The translations under genes and the position numbers were made by a program. Below, in pieces: positions 1-14,170 of a stretch of 64,000 nucleotides of DNA; position 1 is the stretch's first letter, and each line of letters starts with the position of its first letter. This DNA comes from Eledone cirrhosa. Its lineage: Eukaryota. The notes beneath the pieces were generated by a model that saw only the letters and a program-made list of their open reading frames with translations, ran no database searches and was not told the DNA's origin. The stretch covers positions 345,774,001-345,838,000 of the forward strand of contig OZ024742.1 in assembly GCA_964016885.1 (NCBI GenBank), written 5' to 3'.

Positions 1-187
1 TTCATTCTACACATCTCACACATCTTATACACACCACGCATCTTAACGTACACCCACTAACATATCTCTCTCTCCTCCACCGGACCCTGTTACCCGGAGA
101 TTTACCCATTTGCATTGTCGAGGCTTCCAAACGACTTATAAATATTTACTTATTGTTCCACAATGCTTCAAGCAAACTTCAATACTC

Positions 188-1499
<1,312 letters not shown>

Positions 1500-1854
1500 T
1501 CCTTTTTCTTAAATAAATTAAATATCACCCAACAAGAATTGCTTCCCCCTGCATATTAACTCTCTAAAAAGGGAAATCATATCAAACCACAGTCCACCAT
1601 TTGCCTCCTTCACGGAACCATGGTTCAACTAAGCACTCTTGCGATATTAACACATTTTGAACTGCTTAACTTCAATGACTGTGCTTGTAAATAACATTAT
1701 TTTTTCTTCCACATTGACTTTTTACGTTCCACATTATGCACGTTTTTTTTTCCTTTTTCTTTTTTCTTTTCACTTCTTAAACCTTGTTTGTATATAACAT
1801 TATTCTTTCTGCACCTTCTGTTTAACATGTGTGACACAACATTAACAGAATTCA

Positions 1855-1897
1855 CTATCATTTGATAATGCATATAAATGCTGAAACCGGTAATAGA
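1855..1897 (+). ncRNA. Hammerhead ribozyme motif (U3:A8 variant, weak stem I) in PLE 3' region
   Basis: TTGATAA-t[gcat]ataa[atgc]t-GAAAC-cg-GTA-atag. Confidence 0.6.
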
Positions 1898-2086
1898 CAA
1901 TAATTAAATATATAAATAGATAAATAAATGCCATTGCTAAATAATAAATAAATCAACTAATACCTTAACACTTCACACAAAGTAAAACATTTCGTTTTAA
2001 TCATTTTCTAACCCAGAAAAAAGAGAGAGAAACAAAAAAGGAAAAAAATATATTTTTCTTCCTCATAATCGTCTCTTTCTCCCTGT

Positions 2087-2157
<71 letters not shown>

Positions 2158-2315
2158 TTGGAGCTCTGAAATAGCAATATATATATATGAATGTATATAT
2201 AATGTATTTTGCAATACACTTTATGCTTAATTAAAAGCATTTTGAAGATCGTATGCTATTGTTTTAGAGTAGTGACAAACTCACTTACTTTAATCTCAGA
2301 AAACAAGGGGAGATA

Positions 2316-2360
2316 AGCCGACAAGGCCTTGTTTCGCATTTATTGATGCTTATCAAGGCT
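2316..2360 (-). ncRNA. Hammerhead ribozyme (U3:A8), mirror copy
   Basis: Reverse complement of 2735-2779. Confidence 0.8.
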
Positions 2361-2734
2361 AACTACTCCCTCCTGTCTACTGAGATCACTGATGTTATAT
2401 TCTTATAGAATTCTAGTAAATAATCAGGAACTGATTATACAGAGCGGTTGCCGGTCAGGCAGAAATTAAAAATTAGAATTGGAGCTCTGAAATAGCAATA
2501 TATATATGAATGTATATATAATGTATTTTGCAATACACTTTATGCTTAATTAAAAGCATTTTGAAGACCGTATGCTATTGTTTTAGAGTAGTGACAAACT
2601 CACTTACCTTAATCTCATCTAATTTTTAATTTCTGCCTGACCGGCAACCGCTCTGTATAATCAGTTCCTGATTATTTACTAGAATTCTATAAGAATATAA
2701 CATCAGTGATCTCAGTAGACAGGAGGGAGTAGTT

Positions 2735-2779
2735 AGCCTTGATAAGCATCAATAAATGCGAAACAAGGCCTTGTCGGCT
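2735..2779 (+). ncRNA. Type I minimal hammerhead ribozyme (U3:A8)
   Basis: agcc-TTGATAA-gcat caataa atgc-GAAAC-aaggcctt-GTC-ggct; stems I and II pair; palindromic stem III loop. Confidence 0.82.
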
Positions 2780-3044
2780 TATCTTCCCTTGTTTGCTGAG
2801 ATTAAAGTAAGTGAGTTTGTCACTACTCTAAAACAATAGCATACGGTCTTCAAAATGCTTTTAATTAAGCATAAAGTGTATTGCAAAATACATTATATAT
2901 ACATTCATATATATATCAAAGGAATTGTGGTAAGGAACCAGATGGACCATACCGCACCAGAGTACTCAATACTTAGGGTAGTGGAGTTGGAAATAGGAAA
3001 AAGTATGACCCCGACGGCAGAGCTCAAGCCGTCGAATACTTTTT

Positions 3045-3100
<56 letters not shown>

Positions 3101-3146
3101 AAAAAGTATATATATATATTATATGTATATATTTAATATAGAAATA

Positions 3147-3195
3147 GCTTCTACAGGACTATAACTGTTTCATTCGGAGGAAATCTTCAGAAAAG
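3147..3195 (-). ncRNA. Hammerhead ribozyme motif (same family as 51926 and 61455)
   Basis: Minus strand: CTGAAGA-t[ttc]ctcc[gaa]t-GAAAC-ag...ct-GTA-gaag. Confidence 0.7.
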
Positions 3196-3369
3196 GGCTT
3201 TCCTGATGATCTCCTCCTGTGGAAGCCATTTCTATATAAAATATTTATACTCAGCTATGTATTGAGTACCTTACTTACTGTGGTTACCCTCGATTGAACC
3301 CGGGTTAAATATATATATATATATATATATATATTAGGTATGACTTTCTTTATTTATTCTTTATATGAA

Positions 3370-3735
3370 ACTACCAGATTTACCCGGCGTTGCCCGGGGT
3401 TTGAAATGCAACAAAGAATAAAGAAGAAACAAACGATAAATCACTTCAAATGAATCTGATGTTTATATTCCTGTCAATAATGTTGGTTATCTCCCTTTTT
3501 TATAAGGATTGTCAATAAAGTTGGTTATCTTCCTTATTTTGCTACCGATAATTTTGATATCGATTTTTTTATTGCTCAACGTGGGTCGATTTGAAAGATG
3601 TTTGTGATGTGACCATCCTAGCAATTGTGCAACGTGCACAGAAAATTAGGTCAAATTCGGTTGGTAATTGTAAAAGCCTTAGGTATCCAAATTTGTACAC
3701 AGACACACACACATCCTCGATTTTATATATATAGA
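3370..3735 (-). mobile_element. Non-autonomous Helitron-like element
   Basis: Minus strand starts TCTATATATATAAA and ends with a ccgggcaacgccgg hairpin followed by ..GTAGT. Confidence 0.6.
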
Positions 3736-4029
3736 AGATATTGATTGTTTCTTTCCTGTATCTCATGTCTGCTTTTTTGCCTGAGAAAATACCTCTATAT
3801 ATTCGATTGAGTTCTTCACGCGTAGTTAGAATTCATAACAGAATTCAATGACCTACGTGTATATTATTTTATGTTTTACGATGACCTCCCCTTCCCGTTT
3901 GGGTACAGTGTGAAATTTCTTTTTGAAGGACTGCTAGACTTTCAAATTTTGGCGGTCATTCTAGCACTGACGGGGACCAGCGCTGAATATTGATACCAAT
4001 GTGGTTTCTATATTGATATTGCCTGGGCA

Positions 4030-4151
4030 TCCACTGATAAGTTATAAGGGCCCACTTGTATGTATTCCTGTGGACTATATGCAAGCTTCTACATAACCTG
4101 GACATTATTTTCCCAATTTGTAGAAAACTCAGAACGAAACGATCGCATGGA
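4030..4151 (+). ncRNA. Degenerate long-stem-II hammerhead (paralog of 58122-58246)
   Basis: tcca-CTGATAA-gtt..95 nt..aac-GAAAC-gatc-GCA-tgga; core G8 and cleavage-site U are mutated. Confidence 0.5.
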
Positions 4152-4236
4152 AAGAGAGATTTATTTAATAATGTCTCATATAAAATAATACAACCGGCTA
4201 TCCACAAAATAGAATATTGTTAGCACCACAAACATA

Positions 4237-4289
<53 letters not shown>

Positions 4290-4334
4290 CTGTGACAGCT
4301 CACACCTATGCAGGTTTAGCTGGCCTCCTCCAAG

Positions 4335-4500
4335 GTATATCTCGTTGAAGGTGTCTTGGGTAATTTAATGATATGGACCCCAGTCCTCTCATCTCATTTC
4401 TACAGCTGAGTAAACTGGAGCAATGTGAAATAAAGTGTCTTGCTCAAGGAAACAACACATCACCCGGTCCGAGAATTGAACTCACAACCATTCGATTTGC
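4335..4500 (-). mobile_element. tRNA-derived SINE (degenerate)
   Basis: Minus strand: B-box-like gagttcaattct followed by cttgagcaagacactttatttcacattgctccagtttactcagctg. Confidence 0.65.
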
Positions 4501-4604
4501 TCTAGGGTTCTTATATATTTGATATATATGTAGCCTTATCGATCCCTCTTTGGATTTTAGTCTTCAAATTTATTATTATTACTTTATATATATATATATA
4601 TATA

Positions 4605-4813
4605 TAGGAACGAGTAGGACCCCGACGGCTGAGCTCAAGCCGTTTCGACGTTATACCAGGATAAAAATGTTCATTTAGTCCAGAATTAGCCGTCCAAACG
4701 GCTTGAGCTCAGCCGTCGGGGTCCTACTCGTTCCTATTTCCCACTCTACTACCCTACGTATTGAGTGCATTGGTGCGTTATGGTCCACCTGGTTGCTTAC
4801 CACATTTCCTTCG

Positions 4814-4815
<2 letters not shown>
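4605..4815. repeat. (TA)n-flanked fold-back element with an HHR 3' half; family also at 2915-3050, 58715-58850, 61585-61765
   Basis: 4605-4650 is inverted at 4690-4736; GAAACggcttgagctcagccGTCgggg stem III; no CTGANGA seen. Confidence 0.6.
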
Positions 4816-4890
<75 letters not shown>

Positions 4891-5188
4891 CACCATACTT
4901 CGGGACAGGGCATATCAAAGGGGCATATCAAAGGACCGAAATAACGGAGGTAAACTTTGTTCCATCATTATGATTTTCTGCTTTTTCTGTTCAAATTCTA
5001 GCTGTTTGATGAGGTCATTGCTGTTGAATAATGGTTATCATCGAATTATATATAACAGTTAATTTTAACCTGTTGATTTAGACTTCTTGTTTTTAAATGA
5101 CTCTGGAGTAAACAGACCCACCTGCGCACTTCGTGTTCTACCCTGTATACTGAAGTGTCAGTAACTAACCAACACATACGCAAATTTG

Positions 5189-5219
<31 letters not shown>

Positions 5220-5439
5220 TAGGTAATTCCGAATAAAAAGCAAAGGAAAAAAGAATGTTCTATGTATAGAATAGAGCTATTTAATTAGATAGTGAACAAC
5301 AGACGTATATTAATATTGTCCGGGATCTAGCAACCTTTGGTAATGGAGTTATTATATTTTCTGTTGTTCACTTTCTAAATACGTATATATATATATATAT
5401 ATTGTACGAAGCCGAATGTTTGGCTTTTTAAAGCGTTGA

Positions 5440-5483
<44 letters not shown>

Positions 5484-5922
5484 GGCTCAGAAAATCTTCT
5501 TTCTTGGAGCTATTTAATTGTAAGAGACTATCTTGAGTTTCTCACTCAATATCTGCTATATAAATATAAATAAGCATAGAAATGCTATAAGGATAGCTTA
5601 TAAAATAGAGTGAACACCCTTAATGACGGGAAAATAAGTTGTCATCGGCTGCTATGAAGAATTGAACCTCATATCTTCCACATAGCGGCTAATATTTGAG
5701 AAAATTTAAATCCCCTTAATGTAAGAATTATATAATTATTCATTTTGTCAGAATAATAAAAACAAAGAATCTTTCCGGATACATCTGTTATATCTGTGCT
5801 TTATCAAATTTAATCTATATATTTATATAGTAATAATAATAAATTTGAAGACTAAAATCCAAAGAGGGCTCGATAAGGATAAATATATATCAAATATATA
5901 TATACATATGTATGTATGTATG

Positions 5923-6038
<116 letters not shown>

Positions 6039-6124
6039 CCGGCACACATTGATTTGAAATAAATTACATAAACATACACATGTGCTTATATAGCGTATAT
6101 ATATGTATATATATATATATATAT

Positions 6125-6180
<56 letters not shown>

Positions 6181-6249
6181 TGCGTGTGCATGTATGTATG
6201 TAGGTATGTGTGCATGCATGTATGTGTGTATGTATGTGTGTATGTATGT

Positions 6250-6678
6250 ATGTATGTTTATCTCTTTCTCTTAATTTTGAGTATATTTTTGACCGGCCAC
6301 CTTCCTGGTGGCAAGGTTGTAAAAGAAAAGAAATTGTCATCCCTTGAATCGCAAGAATGTTTTGCAAATTTTGTAGGTGCCAGCTATCGCAGCCATTTGT
6401 AGACTATGAATTAGGGGGCTGCGCTCTTTGTCCGCAAATCAAAGTTCAGTTATACATTGGACCAAGCGGGTTGGTATACAACCCGTAGCTCCAATAATGA
6501 TGGGTATGAAGCTAAAGGTGTATCTTGGATTCTGGATTTGTAAACTCCTCATCAATTGTCCGTAGATGTCCTCCTTCTCCTGTATTTTTCTGACAACGTT
6601 TACACAAGTAGGCAGCTGATCTCCACAACAGAACACGTTTTCAATGTGTGGTCCCAAACAACAATATCAGGCCGGTTG
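6250..6678 (-). mobile_element. 3' fragment of an RLE non-LTR retrotransposon within a (CATA)n/(TATG)n tract
   Basis: Minus strand encodes NRPDIVVWD...VVEISC...EKEDIY...IPIIIGATG (PD-(D/E)xK nuclease); TATG repeats on both sides. Confidence 0.8.
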
Positions 6679-7419
6679 TATGTATGTATGTATGTATGTA
6701 TGTATGTATGTATGTATGTATGTATGTATGTATGTATGCATGCATGTATGTATGTATGTATGTATGTATTCATGTATGTATGTATACATGTATGTATGTA
6801 TGTATGATGTATGTATGTGTGGCTGGATAGAGAGATCAGTTTACGCCAGTATATTTTGTATATATTCGTGTTTGTTCAAGTAAATATTCATTTAACTATG
6901 TATCTTGGCATGTGGCTGCTATTTCTTAAATATATATATTATTGATTCTCTTTTGTTCTTTTTCTAAACAATATTTCCTCTCTGGTTCTTGTGTTATCTA
7001 TTCCCAGAAGGTAAAATACATTTGTATAGGAAATTGAGCATTGTTTTAGACTATTTCCTACAAACACCGTCTTTATTTCAACTAATCTGTTATGGAACCA
7101 AAATGTCTTTTGTTGTTGCATATTTTTTTCAGAATGAATTATGCTTGTGGTTTTATCAATAACAATAGTTTTAGCTAATGGTAAAAAAATCTACTAGTTA
7201 TTATATCTGCTATAAGAATAACATAAAGAATCGTTTAGTAGAATGATAGTGTTCGTTTCTGTTCTTTATATTTGATGGAAGTTATATATTATTTGAACAG
7301 ATTCATTCGCAATGGAGAAATATGAACTTAGAAATCGATGTAGCCCATTCTGTTTTATGTTATTATTGATTGTAGTGCATTAGAAACAATTATTATCTAG
7401 TAAAAGGCTATGACCCCAG

Positions 7420-7610
7420 GGTGGTTGATTGGCAGTACTGTTAGACCGTCGGACTAAATCGTTTTCCGGAAATTATTATTACAGATATTTTCGTTGTGAG
7501 TTCAAATCCTGCCCCGGTCAAAGTTTCCTCACATCTTATGGAAGGTGGGGCACATAAAGTACCATTAAAGTACCGGGGTCGATATAATTGACCTTACACT
7601 TCTCGCAAAC
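7420..7610 (+). mobile_element. Degenerate tRNA-derived SINE
   Basis: ggtggttgattggcag ... gagttcaaatcctgcc ... ggggtcgatataattgac. Confidence 0.6.
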
Positions 7611-7624
7611 TAGTGTCCATACAG

Positions 7625-8062
7625 TCTTCTTTCTTCTTCTTCTTCTTATTATTCCTGCGCGGGCTGTGGGGGCAGATTCTTCAAACACTCCTTCCAGTGG
7701 GTCCTGTCAGAAGCAACTATCTCTACCTGATCCGGCTGGATCCCCAAGAGAGAGCATCCAAGCTCATGGATGTTATCCAACCATCTTGCTCGGGTCTACC
7801 CCTCAGTATCTTGCCAGTTGCTTTTACCCGTAAAATATGTACAGCGATTCTTTTCTGAGACATTTAAACCACATTTCCATAGTATCAGAGCTGTAATCTC
7901 TCGATTCGGATTGAAACGTCCAGTTTTGTAATCGAAATTTCCATTTAAGGAACACATCAGAAAGTATTGTGTACCCAGCTGCATCAATTTGAAAAAATTG
8001 CTTCGGATAGGACCCTCTGTAAAGCGTGTCTAGGGACTCTGTCACACCACGAAAGTCCCAGA
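7625..8062 (-). mobile_element. RTE-clade LINE 3' fragment with (GAA)n tail
   Basis: Minus strand gives GK..RGRP..RWLDNI...A.DRTHWK C-terminal signature, followed by aagaagaagaag. Confidence 0.7.
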
Positions 8063-8093
<31 letters not shown>

Positions 8094-8342
8094 GTAATAA
8101 TGTTTTCTTTATTAACCAAAAGGGTTTACATAAAGTAGACATTAAGGACAGTACAGGACAATACAGGACGGTACAAATGGGCATTTCTGCGTGTAAAAAA
8201 ACAGGTTGAAATAAAATAACAAAGAAAAATTCCCCAATAGGGGGGAGACTTCCGAGGGACATTTGTGGAGAAAGCCCATTAAAAGACCACAGTGGCCCTG
8301 ACCACCAGGGCAAGTGCCCTCTCCCAGTTTTCCACCTTTAAT

Positions 8343-11300
8343 TTACAGACACATACTCAGAGAAGGCCCATTCATTCGGGCCATACTTGCTTCTCTCACC
8401 CATCTTTCAACAAAATGCTGGGAAGAGAGCACTTCCCTCTCTACCCTGATTTTCCTTTTCAAATGAAATTTGAAATAGTTAATCAGAGCATCACCGAAGA
8501 GGTAAGTGCTCGTCTTCAGCCCTTTCAAACGTGTCCACCATACTATCTCTTTCGCCATGGCCACCAGACAGATAAAAACTGCCTGCCCTTCCCGGCTAAA
8601 GGAAGGGGGCGGGGCAATCCTCACGATGGACTCAGCTGATAGCTGGATCCGTCCTACACGTGACAGCAGGTGTTCGACATAAACCCACAAGTCAGCAATG
8701 CTCGGACACTGGAGGAGTGCGTGCAGGACGGTTTCGTCGCCCTGCGCGCATCTCGGACATGCCCGGCTGACGGCACCTCCATGCCTGTAGAGTTTATCCC
8801 GAACTGGCAAAGCTCCTCGGTAGCACTGCCAGGCCAGAGATTTCTGGAAGTTGTCCATAGGCCCCGGCCCGAAAGTCCTTCCGAAGAGATTGGCTAGTTG
8901 ATTTTCGTCGACGCCTAGAGTTTCTCCAAGTACGTCGTCGCACTTCCCCTCCACTAATCCCCTATAGAACACCAAGGTGGAGTTTCCACCGATCACATTG
9001 CCCGATTGGTCGAGGGCTGTGAGCGTCTGAAGACATTCCAGTCTCCAAGCGCTCCCTCTCGGTCTTCGCTTGACCCAGGACTGCAGCTCCGTCAAGGAGA
9101 CGAGCTGGGGAAAAACGTGTCTAGCAAACGGCGACCACACCTGATCACCGTCGAGGAAGAGGTGGAGATGTCGTAGCCTGAGCGCGTGTCTGCGCATCAT
9201 CAGCCACAGCATGCCGAGCCCTCCACGTAGCGGGTGTTGACAGCAGATGGACCGCCTGACCATCGGAACGCGTCCCTTCCACAAGAAGCGAAAGAGCAAA
9301 CGCTCCAGCAGAGTCAGGCGGGGCTTAGGACAAGGTACGACGGTCAGGCGGTAGTAGATGACGGATTCGATGTACGCGTTAGCCACCTCCGCTCGACCTT
9401 TCAGGGATAGCTTCCTCTCGGCCCATTTCTGGGTGAGAGAAGCCACCCTGCTCGTCACCTCGTCCCAGTTTTTGTCCGTCTGGAGGTCTGGACCGAACCA
9501 GACCCCTAGCAATTTAATCGGTCCGTCCGTCCAGCGCCCGACGACGCTGTTGGACGGCATGGACCTGCCTCTCCAGGTGCCGAGCTGCAGGCCCACTGAC
9601 TTTTCCTGGTTGATCATTGCTCCTGTCACCGCTTCGTATTCTCTTAGTATAGTGCCGATCGCCTCGATGTGTTTGGCGTTCGACACCACTACGGTGACAT
9701 CGTCCGCATATGCTGACACGGATCTTCCGCATCCTAGTTCGCGCGGGACTCCCCTCAACGTCTCCAGTTTGTGCAGTAATGGCTCGAGAGTCAATACGTA
9801 CAAGAGGGACGAGAGGGGACATCCTTGGCGGACCGAGCGCATGATGTTGAACGGTTCCGACAGGTGACCGTTCACTCTCACCACAGAGCAGATGTCGCTG
9901 TGCATGGCAGCGATCCAGCCTCTGAAGACGGGCCCAAAGCCAGCAGCCCTCAGGACTGCCGCTAGGTAACGATGGTCGACCCTATCGAAGGCTTTCGACT
10001 GATCTAAATTGATCAAAGACCCACCCGTGCCAGGTTCCTTAGCTACCCTCTCTATGATGTATCGCATGAGGTGGAGGTTGTCGTGGATGGATCTGTCGGG
10101 AATGGCGCATGTCTGCGCCTCTCCCACCAGACCACCAACGACAAGCGCCAACCTCTTTGCTAGCACCTTGGCCAAAATCTTGAACTCTGTGTTTAGCAGA
10201 GTTATGGGCCGGAAATTGTCTATGTTATCCCCCTTGTTCGGATCCTTTCTCAGCAGTGCCACCGCTCCTCGGCTCACAGAACTGGGAATTCTCCCGTTCT
10301 GTTGCCAGTTGCAGTAGACGTCCGCCAAGAGGCCTCTGAACAAGTCTGGCATCTGTACGTAAAGTTCATAGGGCAGACCATCCAAACCAGGCGATTTACC
10401 CCTTGTGCAACTAGTCATTGCATCCCGTACTTCAGCGGTTGTTATCGGCTTTTCGCAACACTCCGCCTCAGTGGCCGAAAGCCGCGGCAGTCCGTCGAGG
10501 TAGACACTAAAGTCCATCCCTCGATCCGGCCCGCCACTGCCCCCGAACAGTTGAGCGAAGTGTAGCTGAAAAGCTTCACACATTTGCCCGGGATCGAGTA
10601 GCATGCGCCCGTCGTGGTCCACCAAAGACCGGATCGTGGCTTTGTTGCCACGACGCGCCTCCGCCACTCGGGCCCATTGAACGGCTTTCGTCCCCTCGTG
10701 TCTGAGAGCACGCACCCTAGCTCTGACAACGCAGCCTTCGTGCTTTGCATTGAAGAAATGGTCAAGGGCCAATTTCGCCGCAAGTACGTCGGTCGCAATG
10801 CCTTTGCTAAGCGCCTCGTCTAATTTTCTAACTAGTTCTCCCTCTGCTCTATTTTTCTCTATTGCTAAAGTCTTACTAAACCTAATGGACTCTATTCTAA
10901 TTGCTCTTTTCAGAGCAAACCACCACTTGTTGTTGACGATGGCCCCCGTCAACGCCCGCTTAACTAGTTCGCTAATCCGGTCTCTGTAGGCCTTGCGCGC
11001 TGGTAAGGACGCGTTTAGCTTCCAGTAGCCGGGTCCTCGTCTATGAAGCCTATCTAAGTCAAGCACACAGATCACGAATTTGTGGTCCGTGTAGCTGACT
11101 ATCTTGAATTGTGGACAGCCTATGCTAGACCTATCTATTTCCCTACAAAATACTCTATCTAGATATGATCTGGATGACCCTATGCGATTTGTCCAAGTCC
11201 ACATTGGCACATTCGGGAAATCCAATCGGTACCTGTCAGACAGTTCAAAACGCCTGAGCAGGTTGGTGAGGCTCTTGCACCCTCCACCCCTATCCGCTAA

Positions 11301-11761
11301 TCCCACACAGTCCCAGCGTGCATCTAAGATCCCGTTCCAGTCGCCCACTAACACTAAAGAGCGGGACGTTCCAAGAAAGGTCTCCAGACGCCGGAAGAAA
11401 TCAGGCCGCCCTGCTCCTGTCGGGGCATAGACGGCCACTAGCCTGAAAGCTTGCCCGTCTCCGCTGGTCACGTCCAGCACCACCAGCTTACCCTCTGGGT
11501 CCATGAAGATGGCCCGTATGGCAAGATCCAAACCTCTCTGAAAAAGCACAGCAACTCCTCCCCCGATCCAGGACGGCTGGGAGATGCGTACACATCGTAG
11601 CCGCCGAAGATCGGTGCGAAGGCCCGCGCTTCGGAGATTCTGGTCTCGCTGATGGCCACTACATCTATGTTTAGTGACCTGAGGTCGTTGAGCAGGTGAC
11701 CCTGCTTCCATGACGACCCCAAGCCACGCGCATTTATGCTGCCTATTCTGAGTGAGGTCAT
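8343..11761 (-). CDS. ORF2: APE endonuclease + reverse transcriptase + CCHC; one frameshift near 11570
   Basis: True start MTSLRIGSINARGL (11761 frame) joins GGGVAVL, VYAP, GDWN, DR, TDH APE motifs; KSPGLDG, DQSKAFDRV, RQGCPLS, YADD; CPRC..ETVLH...C. Confidence 0.92.
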
Positions 11762-11796
11762 GTTTAAAATAGAGGGGAAAAGATGGGAAAGACCAC

Positions 11797-13915
11797 TTAC
11801 CGTACTTTTGGTAGAGGAGGGATGGTTTTTACATCCCTTTTCACTTGATCGTCTGGTGAAGGGACCGTTGAATCGTCCCTTCGGCTGGTCGTCGGCTCTT
11901 CTAAGAGAATGTCTGAATATACTCTTCGATTGATGGTTCCTCCTAGGTCCCTGAAATCACCAACTGCGTTGGGGAATTTCGTTTTAATGTTTGTGTATTG
12001 TTTCTGTGCTACTTTTAGCAGTCTTATGTTAGTTGGCGTTTTGATTGGTGCTGGTATTATGTAGTCTTGTTGTGAAATGTCTGTGTGTTCAATTATGTAA
12101 GTCATTAGTTTCTTGTTGTGTGTATTTATTGCCGTACATTTGTTTTTCTGGGGGTGGGGTGTGGTTCTGCTATTTTCTTGTCGTTGTTGCTGGATGTGTG
12201 TGTTTTGTTGTTGTGTTTGCGATGTTGGTGCTTGTGCTGGTGGTGTTGAAGCTGTTGTTGGCGGTGGGGTTGTCGCCGGTGGTGATGGTGGTGCTAGTGT
12301 GGGTGGTGATGGTGTTGGTGGTGTTGCTGCTGTGGGTCTCTTTGCAGTAGACTTTACCCTTTTCTCATTTCTTTCCTCCCTTTTCAAAGGCGACGATGCG
12401 CTGCTTCTGCGTTTGTGCCTTCTTACGACATTTTGCCATCCCTCTCCCACCTCACACTCCATGTCTGATTCTGTGAGGTCGGGGAGGAGTACCAGCTCCA
12501 CTCTTTCACTTGTTGTTGTTGGTGATGTTTGCACTGGAATCTCTGTTGCAGCTGCATTTGGTATTGCTGTTGTTGTTGTTAATATTTCCACTGCTGCTGC
12601 TGTTTTTGATTTCCGTGGCGTGGGTATGGGTGCCACGGACCTATCGTTCCTGGTTGCCGCTTGTCCTGTTTCTGGTAGCCGTGGAGCCGGATTCGGAAGG
12701 AGGGGTGTTTTCTCCTTTCTCAGGGTCTTCTCGTTGCAGAAGGCCCTGAGGTGAGTCTTCGATCCACAGCGAAAGCATTTCGGGCGTTTGCCCTCAACAC
12801 TTATGGGCAGTTGAGTGCCGTTATCGAAGTCTATCACATCCGGGATAGCTTCGATGCACTCCTGGTTGGTTTGGATTAGCATCTCAATGGAGGTGCCGAC
12901 CCAATCTTCTCTTACTTTTTTCTGTACTTGCAGTACAGTTGTTTTGTCCTCGATTCCGACGAGGACAGACGTGGCCAGCCAAGAAGAGGCCATTCCGGGG
13001 GGGGGGACGTGGGTCAGTTTGACCCTCACAATTTTTTGCCCGCAGTAGGAGGGCACCAACACCATTTCCTCGCTCCTTAGGGTCACTACGGATTGGGCCT
13101 TTGCCTCCTGGGGTGTGGCAAAAAGTACGTCTACGGTGGCATATTTTTTGCCTCGGGTGATGTGCGTTTTCCGCTGCCACACAGACTTTTTGTATTTGGG
13201 CCTCTGTGGCTCTTTCCACCCTACGGGATTTTGTACTTACTGTACGGTACGTGACCGTACAGTGCTGTTGGGTTTCGAAAAACTTTTCTGCTGCCTTGCA
13301 GATTGCTCGGTGTCCATTCTTTGTCACCATCTTCTTCGCTTCCTCTAATTCCTCATTTGTTATGAGGATTGTTTCCAAGTTTTTCGCAATACCTGCAAAT
13401 GAGATTGGTTTTTCTTTGCTGCTGTTGTTGTCGTCAGAGCTTTTGTTGTTGCTGCAGGTACTACGACTACTGCCTTCGCCGCTGTTGCTGTGGTTGTTGT
13501 TGGTGTTGCTGCTGCTAATGCTGTTGTTGTTTATGCTGCTGGTGATGCTGTTGCGGCTGCTACTGTTGTTTTCATTGTCACTGTTGCTATTGTTATTACG
13601 GCTGCTACTGCTATTATTCCTGACGTCAGACGAATGAACTGGGTTTTCGTATTTCCCGCACACCTGTTTCGTCACTGTCGTCGTCGTCGTGGAGAAACCT
13701 TGCACGCTTTGCACGAGACTTTTCTTTTCTTTCGTCGCTTGCGAAAGAGAAGGGAGGGAGAGAGACACATTTAAAGAAGGGAGGGAGAGAGACAATCTTC
13801 TCTCTGCTGTAGTGATGATTGAGGAAGAAGAAGACGGAATGAGTGGGAGTGACCTATGCAAATTCTTTTTCGTAGCCATGTTGACTTTTTTGTTTAAAAT
13901 AAATATTGGGTACAA
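11797..13915 (-). CDS. ORF1 (Gag-like, CCHC knuckle, low-complexity Asn/Ser and Pro/Thr tracts); frameshift near 13170
   Basis: CFRCGSKTHLRAFC knuckle in 11797..13182; overlapping upstream ORF 12884..13915. Confidence 0.78.
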
Positions 13916-14095
13916 AACCCCAATAAGCAGTTATTTAACCCCGAAGGGCCAAATAACGGGCAGAAAGACCCCTCTCACGAGGAGGAGGGTGTTTTTGTCT
14001 ACAAGTTGGTCTAAGTTTTAAACAATTTACAATTGTTAAAGCGGTCAAAATTTACAATACCTTACAGAGCCGAGCCTCCGTCAACCATGGCATTC

Positions 14096-14170
<75 letters not shown>

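Larger units (their letters stand above)
2150..2915. mobile_element. (TA)n-flanked direct+inverted repeat element (pseudo-LTR-like) carrying two HHRs
   Basis: 2150-2298 is repeated directly at 2471-2617; 2618-2915 is the reverse complement of ~2180-2475. Confidence 0.85.
8102..14095 (-). mobile_element. Near full-length Tx1/L1-clade LINE inserted in an (AAT)n tract
   Basis: ORF1+ORF2; AATAAA just before the 3' junction; (AAT)n at 8063-8101 and 14096-14170. Confidence 0.93.

Noticed and set aside
11570-13182. Programmed frameshifting in Tx1 ORF1/ORF2
   Set aside because: The ORF2 break is in a G homopolymer inside the APE domain; mutation or sequencing error is simpler, and I saw no slippery heptamer with a downstream structure.
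8670-13774. Many plus-strand ORFs over the Tx1 element
   Set aside because: Antisense shadows of GC-richer coding sequence, with no recognisable domains.
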